IMG/VR virus record: IMGVR_UViG_3300012007_000014
Coordinates: 17,522-81,521 of that record
DNA from: a virus
Taxonomy: Duplodnaviria > Caudoviricetes
Length of the DNA stretch: 64,000 nt
Direction: 5' to 3' (one strand)
Shown here: one piece after another, positions 57,377 through 64,000 of the stretch
Layout: every line of letters starts with the position of its first letter
Numbering within the stretch: the stretch's first letter is position 1
Program-made: the position numbers and the translations under genes
Notes under the pieces: model-generated
Database searches by the model: none
Told to the model about the DNA's origin: nothing
Seen by the model: only the letters and a program-made list of their open reading frames with translations

Positions 57377-58767
57377 TTGTCGCCATAGACCTCCTTCTTC
57401 ACTCTATCTTGATTCCACCAATCCATATCTTTGAGTTGTGTGTACTTGTCTTCAATTGCTTGCCATCTATCCCTTTCCTCGTCAGTATCGGGGATATACA
57501 TGTTGAGACTCTTGTTGTAGTGATTGACCATATTCTCGATGTCTTTTACATCATAGTTGAATGTGACGTTCCTATTGGTCTTTGCCTCGTCCACGTTATC
57601 ATTTGGCTCGAGATAACTTGCTGCCGTCTTTGTAAGTGCCTTATCATCTGTTCGAAGAGCTGTTACTTGATTGGGTGCTACATAGTCTGCTTTGCTATAA
57701 TCTGCCATCTTTTCCGTGGTGTTGTTTTGAGCATCATGGATGTAGATCTCTCCGTCTTTCTTTTCCCAAGCGACGTTGTGACCGCCTCCACCTTCCCAAT
57801 AAATGTCAAGACATCCTCTTGCACCATCTTCGTATTTGTCATTGAGCATGTCGGCAGCTTCTTCCATGGTTTCTTTTCCATTGCTTGCCTTCTGCTCTAG
57901 TGCAACATCAAGATCCCAACCACTGTTTATATTGATCGTACCGTCACTATTTTGGTAAGATTCAACACCTTCATAGAAGCTTGAGATCTCTTCATCCGTT
58001 CCACCATTTGGATCATACTGTGCTTCTACGTCGTATCCTCTGTGTCTTGCTTCCCAGGTAAGCGAACAGTCATAACAATTGGTAGACCATCCAGGTTCCA
58101 GATCAATTCCGCCATCGGTCATTGACTTATGAAAGTTCTTATTGACCTCTGCCATTGACTGTTCTTCTGTCTCTGGAGTTTTAATAAGATCAAACTCACT
58201 CATAATTTCTCGTTCTGCTTTTGCTTCTGGATTATTATTGTAGTAAGCATTCAGTTCTGCTTCTGTATAGAAATATCTATACTTGCCCTTAATCAAAAGC
58301 TTTGCAACGTATTTGTGAGTCTTAGAGTTCGTATCTTTATTTGTCTTGGGAATTGGCTTAGGAGAATGGCTTGCTGGATTCTTTGTCTTCTTGTTCTTAG
58401 ATGTACGCTTCTTGATTGCAGCATCTGCCTTGTCGATTACATCCCATCTTCCATTCTTATCGGTGTCAGCAACGTCCTCGATCTTTTCTACAATATCCCA
58501 TTTGCCGTTACCATCTTTGTCGACTGTCTTCTTAAAGCTATTAATTGCCTTATTTAAAAGAGATCTGATCTTCTTTAAAGTCTTTTGTTTCTTATTCTTC
58601 TCAGAGCCTTTTGATCCTTTGAAATAGACATCATACTCTGCTTTAGAATAGAAATATAAATAGGGTTTCTTCTTGTTTCCTGTTTCAATTCTCTTGTAGT
58701 ACTTGTGGGAAGCTTTTGTCTCGTAATGGAGACCTGTTTTTCTATGAGCAATGTAGTCTTCCATCAT
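57373..58767 (-). CDS. YIAH-leader protein with papain-fold (Tox-PL-like) domain
   Basis: TNCYDC...RGYDVEA, GGGHNVAW, IHDAQ = Cys-His-Asp; two HKY..KY.YFY..AE repeats. Confidence 0.75.
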   Translation of the reverse strand: MMEDYIAHRKTGLHYETKASHKYYKRIETGNKKKPYLYFYSKAEYDVYFKGSKGSEKNKKQKTLKKIRSLLNKAINSFKKTVDKDGNGKWDIVEKIEDVADTDKNGRWDVIDKADAAIKKRTSKNKKTKNPASHSPKPIPKTNKDTNSKTHKYVAKLLIKGKYRYFYTEAELNAYYNNNPEAKAEREIMSEFDLIKTPETEEQSMAEVNKNFHKSMTDGGIDLEPGWSTNCYDCSLTWEARHRGYDVEAQYDPNGGTDEEISSFYEGVESYQNSDGTININSGWDLDVALEQKASNGKETMEEAADMLNDKYEDGARGCLDIYWEGGGGHNVAWEKKDGEIYIHDAQNNTTEKMADYSKADYVAPNQVTALRTDDKALTKTAASYLEPNDNVDEAKTNRNVTFNYDVKDIENMVNHYNKSLNMYIPDTDEERDRWQAIEDKYTQLKDMDWWNQDRVKKEVYGDK

Positions 58768-59114
58768 GCATCCCCCGCTTCGTTTTCTGCCATGATACGC
58801 CATTCAAATTCTGCAATCTGTTTGTTCAGCGCATCCAGTGCAAAGCTTGAAGCAGGTGGATCGAACATGACTTTTACTTTCATTCCCACATATGTTTTGA
58901 TAAGATTGAATCTTGGATCAATCACAATATCATCCCAAGTTGAGGTATTGTCCACGATTTCATATCCAGTATCTGGTCCAATTCCTAACTGATGGAGTGT
59001 TGAAAATGTAGTGTTGATATAAAGGAGGATTTGATCATCAAATACTGTATACTCAGGTACAATCCCAAGCTGTTTCTTGATTGAATCCAAAATTGACTCA
59101 TTCTGTTTTGCCAT
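58764..59114 (-). CDS. Head-tail connector/adaptor protein
   Basis: SILDSIKK.LG......FD..I...IN..F..L.QLG.GP...FDPP.S. Confidence 0.8.
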   Translation of the reverse strand: MAKQNESILDSIKKQLGIVPEYTVFDDQILLYINTTFSTLHQLGIGPDTGYEIVDNTSTWDDIVIDPRFNLIKTYVGMKVKVMFDPPASSFALDALNKQIAEFEWRIMAENEAGDA

Positions 59115-59137
59115 TGCTATCCTCCTTTCTTTTTAAG

Positions 59138-59895
59138 TTAATCTAGTTCAACAGTTTTGATGTAGTTTTTAATCCAATCAGAACCGCGTTTTGCTTGCGC
59201 AGATTTTTCTAATGATTTAAGCTGCTGATTCATTACTTTATACCAATCGAGTCGATCTTGAATATCATTTTCATCAAGTTCGTCTCTTTCGCCCCCTCTA
59301 ATTGCTGATTCTTTTGGTGAAGTTCCAAGTATAATTAGAGGCTTGTCATTATAAAAATTTGGATCCGTTCTAAGAAAATCTTTATCAGCTATTTGAACTC
59401 CTTCACAAATAACTTTCCTGCCATTCTTGTATTCTCTTGCAGAAAATTCATCCATCGCCTTTATAATATTATCTGAGATTTTAATTCCTTCTTTATGAGA
59501 TTTTTCAAATGTTGGAACGAATTCCTTCCAATTCTTCACATGCTTATTTAAATATGAATTGAAAGATTTATTCTGAAGTTCTCTTTTCGATTCTTCACTC
59601 ATTGGGTTTAAATAGGAATCCAAATTAATCCAATCGGTCTCACCGTCATCGGCCATAAAAGATGCGACGGTTGATTTGCCAGAGCCAGAATATCCAGTTA
59701 TATACAAAGTATTATATTGCGGTGCTTTGCCCCAACGATCAAGATTTGATGATTTAGCATTCTTAAGCCTTTGAAGAGCCGGAGATGAATGAATCTTTTT
59801 ACTACTAGAGGATAAGGTGGACCGTTCTTTACGCCCCATTTTTGTCCCTTAACACCGTGATGCGAAATGGAGTCTAGGTAATACTCACTGCCCAT
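59138..59895 (-). pseudogene. HHG-leader P-loop kinase split by a -1 frameshift near 59800
   Basis: Leader frame 59698-59895 (SISHHGVKGQKWG..GPPYPL) joins frame 59138-59839 (ITGYSGSGKST, WINLD, ICEG). Confidence 0.7.
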
Positions 59896-60202
59896 TGCTA
59901 TCCTCCTTTCTTTATTTAGTCATTACTCTTAATTCAATTTTAATTCTTCTTTGGTCATAGTCTTATGAATATTTAACAGAGTTCTTTTTCATTTTTTCGA
60001 CGATACCAATTCATACTTTTTAGACTTTTTATTCCAGTTGTTTATTACTTTAATGATGAGGAATCACTGCTTCTTGAAAGATCACATCCAAAAGAACGAT
60101 GCAACTCATTTTCTTTGTTCGTGTAGTCACTTATTCTAAAAAACTTTTCAGTTTTATGGTCCTCAAGATCTTTTGAAATCTTTTCTTTTAATTCTTCTTT
60201 TG

Positions 60203-60967
60203 TCATAGCTTTATGATCTTTCCTTGTTTATTAAGTTCTCTCTTGACATCAGTATAATTCTTATACATATTTGCAAGAACATTATAGTCAGTAGTACCGA
60301 GCCATTTCAAATCTTTTCGATTAAAAATAATTATCGGATCTTGTGCCTCATTATAAACGCCCTGATTGTTATCATCAACCATAGCGTCAAAATTCTTTTC
60401 CATTAATTCCTTGTATTTCTTCGTTGTCTTAAACGCCTCGACATTTTCCATTGCATGGTTAAATACGTCATAGGCCGCTTTATAGTCATCCTCTGTTTTA
60501 AGATTTGAAAGATCAACCGATACTGATTTTCTATCACGTTCACCTGGGTACTCGGAGAAACCATAGTTTTTGAGCCTTTCTTGCACATTACTGAGATCTT
60601 TTACTGCAACATCTTTATTCTCGTTGTATACTTTCTTAAATGCTTCATATCGTTCTTTACTGTTCGGCATTTTCAGATCTCTTGTGACTTCATAGCTTAC
60701 ATCTTCAAGTGGATATTGACCCAAGTTTGATTTGTAAATAGAAAAAGGTCCGCGATACACTTTTGAATCCCATTCATTTTCTGGATTATAAGTGTACTTC
60801 CATTTTTTATTGATGTTGGGGATTGCTCGATTAAATACATATTCAATCGAATTCAGCTTTGTATCTTTTTTAAGCACTTTGTCTTCAATTGGATAAGGTG
60901 GACCGTTCCTTACACCCCATTTTTGTCCCTTAACACCGTGATGAGAAATATAGTTATTCATAGACAT
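60203..60967 (-). CDS. HHG-leader protein with possible ADP-ribosyltransferase-like cargo
   Basis: YISHHGVKGQKWG; KYTY, DLKMP, FDAMVDDNN...PIIIFN. Confidence 0.65.
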   Translation of the reverse strand: MSMNNYISHHGVKGQKWGVRNGPPYPIEDKVLKKDTKLNSIEYVFNRAIPNINKKWKYTYNPENEWDSKVYRGPFSIYKSNLGQYPLEDVSYEVTRDLKMPNSKERYEAFKKVYNENKDVAVKDLSNVQERLKNYGFSEYPGERDRKSVSVDLSNLKTEDDYKAAYDVFNHAMENVEAFKTTKKYKELMEKNFDAMVDDNNQGVYNEAQDPIIIFNRKDLKWLGTTDYNVLANMYKNYTDVKRELNKQGKIIKL

Positions 60968-60968
60968 T

Positions 60969-61382
60969 TTACCTCCATGGTATCTGGTCATTTGGTTTTC
61001 GCTCTATGGGACTTGTTGGAGTAAGTCTTTCAAGAGCACCATAATGAATTGCGTTGTGTGTTTGCAATGACACAGTAATGAGATTGTTTAAATCAAACAC
61101 TGCTGGGTCATGATTTGTTACTTGTTCAATTGTGATGGGATTTAAGTGATGAATGAGAATAGATCTTAACAACGGTCTTTCTGCTATTCCTAGATCACAA
61201 CCATTGTCTCTTATGATGACGGCTCTTCTTACTTTCTTCCATTCTGGAGAATTGTAGAGAATCTGATTTAGTACTCTATGACCACCAAATGTAATCTCAG
61301 ATGGAGAGCCATTACACTTGCAATATTCAAATCGTTCCTCGAAAGTTGGAAGTAAGATTAGCTCGCTATAAGTTCGAAGCAT
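60969..61382 (-). CDS. HNH endonuclease (packaging-associated)
   Basis: IIRDNGCDLG, IHHLNP, NLITVS..THNAIHYG. Confidence 0.88.
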   Translation of the reverse strand: MLRTYSELILLPTFEERFEYCKCNGSPSEITFGGHRVLNQILYNSPEWKKVRRAVIIRDNGCDLGIAERPLLRSILIHHLNPITIEQVTNHDPAVFDLNNLITVSLQTHNAIHYGALERLTPTSPIERKPNDQIPWR

Positions 61383-61411
61383 AGCATCCTCCTTTCTAAG
61401 AAGCATAAAGA

Positions 61412-61446
61412 AAGAGCCTTAGATCATTTCTGACCTAAAGCTCTTT
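61412..61446 (-). terminator. Intrinsic terminator
   Basis: AAAGAGCTTTAG...CTAAGGCTCTTT followed by T-rich run. Confidence 0.6.
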
Positions 61447-61560
61447 GAAGAATATCTTATCGATTTGTTTAAGATTTATACATCTGACCCATTTCGAATT
61501 GATCGTCTATGCTTTCCATCTCTTGAGTAATACACTCTAAGGAGAGTTACTTGCTAACTG

Positions 61561-61821
61561 TCAAAACAAATCTTTTAGTATCTTCTCAATGAAAGATTCT
61601 TTTTGCTCTGGAATGTCTTTTACACTTACATCGCTATACTCATCTCTCATATCTTCAAATGCTTTGAACCCATTCTTTCTTGCGAGAAATTCCTCATGCT
61701 TTCTGATAGAATCCGCATAATGAATTCTTCCTTCTGGGGTAAATGTTCCGTCTTTGTACTGCCAGCGTCTCTTGTACCATTTCATTCCATGGATGCCAGA
61801 ATGCTTCACAAAAGTTTTCAT
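61561..61821 (-). CDS. Minimal His-leader protein
   Basis: FVKHSGIHGMKW..RRWQY.DGT.T.EGR.HY. Confidence 0.7.
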   Translation of the reverse strand: MKTFVKHSGIHGMKWYKRRWQYKDGTFTPEGRIHYADSIRKHEEFLARKNGFKAFEDMRDEYSDVSVKDIPEQKESFIEKILKDLF

Positions 61822-62078
61822 CTCGTAAACTTAATTCTGTTTTGCATGCCTTCTCTAAATTCTTTTGGATCCATAACAGGTGAATACTCTGTTACCTTTC
61901 CATTTGCAGACACTTTAAAGAAAGGATCCATAAGAACTTCATCTTTCGGCCACTTATCAGGTCTTAGAGAGAACACGTATCCATCTTTTACTTCAAAACC
62001 AAAGATTGCATGGGATTTAACACCAGAAGACTTTTTTACATAATCTTCAACAATTTTCTTTGCAACATTAATATTCAT
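61818..62078 (-). CDS. Putative immunity/partner of papain-fold protein 62089-63429
   Basis: Directly downstream; homologous to 57131-57376. Confidence 0.55.
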   Translation of the reverse strand: MNINVAKKIVEDYVKKSSGVKSHAIFGFEVKDGYVFSLRPDKWPKDEVLMDPFFKVSANGKVTEYSPVMDPKEFREGMQNRIKFTR

Positions 62079-62088
62079 AGAAACCTCC

Positions 62089-63429
62089 TTACCAAGTATC
62101 AACTTTCTTGCCGCTCCATTTGTTCTCAACAAATCCAGAATCATTAGCAAGCCTTAAAACAGAATCTTGTTCCATAGCATCTAAGTTTGGTTCACAATTA
62201 TCTAATCTATATGTCGAGACACTAGCACTCTTGTCAGCACCATATTCATCCATCATCTCTTTAACAGATTCAAAGCATCTTCCATTTTGTCCATCCTGAA
62301 TTTCGAAGTTACCATCTTTATCATTTGTCCAATGCATCGAATGGCCACCACCGTTATCAGGATATCTAATACTTATTGTACCAGAAGTCATTGGTCCATA
62401 TGATCTTAAGCCATCTTCTGCTGCATCGGAATCCATGTCAATTCTTTGAGCACCTTTGAACCAATAGCCCATTGCATCTGCACTTGAAGGATAGGATTGT
62501 CTTCCAGCATTTACTTCATATCCTCTAAGTCTCATTTCTAGATCAGCAGAACACTTAGCACAATTCTGAGTTGTTCCAGCATCACCAAATCCAGGATTGC
62601 ATAAATCGAGATCTCTATTAAGAAGTTGACCAAAGGAATGATCTCTTACAACATTTCCATTTTCGTCAATGTCATGGAAGTTATCACTTGTTCTGAAATT
62701 AGCATTATTTCTTGCAATTGTCTTGGCAACATTCTCATCCACATAATCTGTTCCATTTATAACCATACTGCTCATTTCCTGCCAATCGAAGTCATGGCCA
62801 TTGATGAGACCTGATACCCATTCTTCTCCTGGGTGATCACTTCTTGAGAATTTGGTAAGACTTCCAACTTGGTAATCTTTTAAATCATCAACCTTTGCTT
62901 TCCCAGATTTGATGAGAGAGTTGATGTATGCGTTCTGACCGCCTCCTGGTTTGCTAGCACTGGTTGCTACTTTTGAAGATCTTGTTTTCACGTATCTCCC
63001 AGTAGATTTTCCAACTTTAACGCCTGCTTGCTTTGCAGCTGCAATCTGTGCTTTGGAATGACTCTCTGCACCAAGTGGATAGGGAGGGCCATTCCTATGT
63101 CCCCATTTCTGTCCAGCAATTCCATGGTGAGAAAGAATGTCATCAGAAGACAAATACTCTTCTAGAAACTTATTACCAATAATAGCACAATGAATCATTA
63201 CATCATCAGGCTGGTAGTGTTTGTAGAAGTCATTGTTTTTACTTGGAGTAAGTTGAATGTTATACTCTTTAACTTTCTTAGCGATTCTCTTTGCAAGTTC
63301 TTTTCGGTACCTAGGCTTGGCCCAATTGAAGAACTTAACGGCAGAGATTACATGAGCCCTTGTATCAAGAGGGAATTTCTTTTGTTCAGGGATTCCGTAT
63401 TCCCTATCCTTCTGTTCCATCGTCTTCAT
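62089..63429 (-). CDS. DUF6582-like N-domain + HHG leader + papain-fold (Tox-PL-like) domain
   Basis: YGIPEQKKFPLD...HV.SA..FF; ILSHHGIAGQKWG; QNCAKC...RGYEVNA, GGGHSMHW, IQDGQ. Confidence 0.78.
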   Translation of the reverse strand: MKTMEQKDREYGIPEQKKFPLDTRAHVISAVKFFNWAKPRYRKELAKRIAKKVKEYNIQLTPSKNNDFYKHYQPDDVMIHCAIIGNKFLEEYLSSDDILSHHGIAGQKWGHRNGPPYPLGAESHSKAQIAAAKQAGVKVGKSTGRYVKTRSSKVATSASKPGGGQNAYINSLIKSGKAKVDDLKDYQVGSLTKFSRSDHPGEEWVSGLINGHDFDWQEMSSMVINGTDYVDENVAKTIARNNANFRTSDNFHDIDENGNVVRDHSFGQLLNRDLDLCNPGFGDAGTTQNCAKCSADLEMRLRGYEVNAGRQSYPSSADAMGYWFKGAQRIDMDSDAAEDGLRSYGPMTSGTISIRYPDNGGGHSMHWTNDKDGNFEIQDGQNGRCFESVKEMMDEYGADKSASVSTYRLDNCEPNLDAMEQDSVLRLANDSGFVENKWSGKKVDTW

Positions 63430-63766
63430 GACCTGAATACCTCTTCATTGCCTCAATCGCATCGGAATAAATCTTCTCCAAATGCTCTGCAGATTCTAGT
63501 GCTTGGATCTTTGCGTCTTTCAGTTTCATCTCAGACTCCATGAGTTCCTTCTGAAGTCTGTCTGTACTCGATCCTAGCTTTAAAAAGTGAACAATCTCTT
63601 GTGAAGTTGCAGTTCCTTCTCTGATTCTCTTCTCAGCAGCATCATAGGCAAGTGAAATGAGTTCGTTTTCTCTTGCTTCCATTGAGGTTGCTGCATGAGT
63701 TGGGAGGTTTGTGATAGGTTCTGTATCACCTGGGTTTTGTTTGTGTGTAGTTCTGTTTTGTTTCAT
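63404..63766 (-). CDS. Putative terminase small subunit
   Basis: RENELISLAYD.AE.RIR.GTATSQ...HFLKLGS; first gene of packaging arm, helical. Confidence 0.55.
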   Translation of the reverse strand: MKQNRTTHKQNPGDTEPITNLPTHAATSMEARENELISLAYDAAEKRIREGTATSQEIVHFLKLGSSTDRLQKELMESEMKLKDAKIQALESAEHLEKIYSDAIEAMKRYSGHEDDGTEG

Positions 63767-64000
63767 GGTGACTTTAGCTCCTTTTGTATTACTTCTTGTG
63801 ACTTTTCATTGCTGCTTTTATAGAAGAACGAACGTCTAGATTGATAGAGGACTTTGAAAGGAGCAAAGTAGGTCACCAACTACTTCAGGAGGTCGTTTAA
63901 TGCCCTCTGCTAAATGCTCGTTCTCCTATAAAAACAGCAATTGCGCTGGAAAATATCCTGGAAACCTCTGCCAAAAAGCTCCGCCGGAGCGGATATCAAG

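Noticed and set aside
59915-60206. Intact immunity gene for the ART-like cargo
   Set aside because: Only a 53-codon ORF and out-of-frame fragments with a duplicated MTKEELK start; cannot support a functional call
63770-64000. cos/pac site or genome terminus
   Set aside because: Non-coding and plausibly placed, but no diagnostic repeat is recognisable; needs read-end analysis

Overview
The whole window is one arm of a long-tailed (siphovirus-like) dsDNA phage genome, probably infecting an AT-rich Firmicute (GGAGG RBSs, SleB-like hydrolase). Essentially all real genes are on the minus strand. Read from the right end: putative small terminase and HNH; an array of accessory proteins sharing a [ILV]-x-H-(H/x)-G leader, including two papain-fold toxin-like proteins each followed by a homologous small partner; holin, large terminase, portal, a fused protease-scaffold-capsid gene, head-tail joining genes and an endolysin. 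Next come a BppU-CotH kinase fusion, a complete diversity-generating retroelement (target/VR, hairpins, avd, TR, RT), the tail module (3097-aa tape measure), tRNA-Gln(UUG), and about 23 kb of small early genes built as promoter-ORF-terminator cassettes. The strongest novel signal is that all seven histidines in the protease-capsid linker lie in the same [ILV]-x-H motif that heads at least 8 accessory proteins. This suggests a His-directed maturation/capsid-loading signal for a polymorphic virion cargo. Other highlights: an orphan DGR-like C-type-lectin protein carrying copies of the capsid scaffold motif, an 11-nt TR-spacer/VR-end complementarity, a 14-copy phage-specific promoter, and a GGA-rich ORF-poor transcript. 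Family names are from motif recognition only; no database search was run. No integrase or replication genes are visible in this window.
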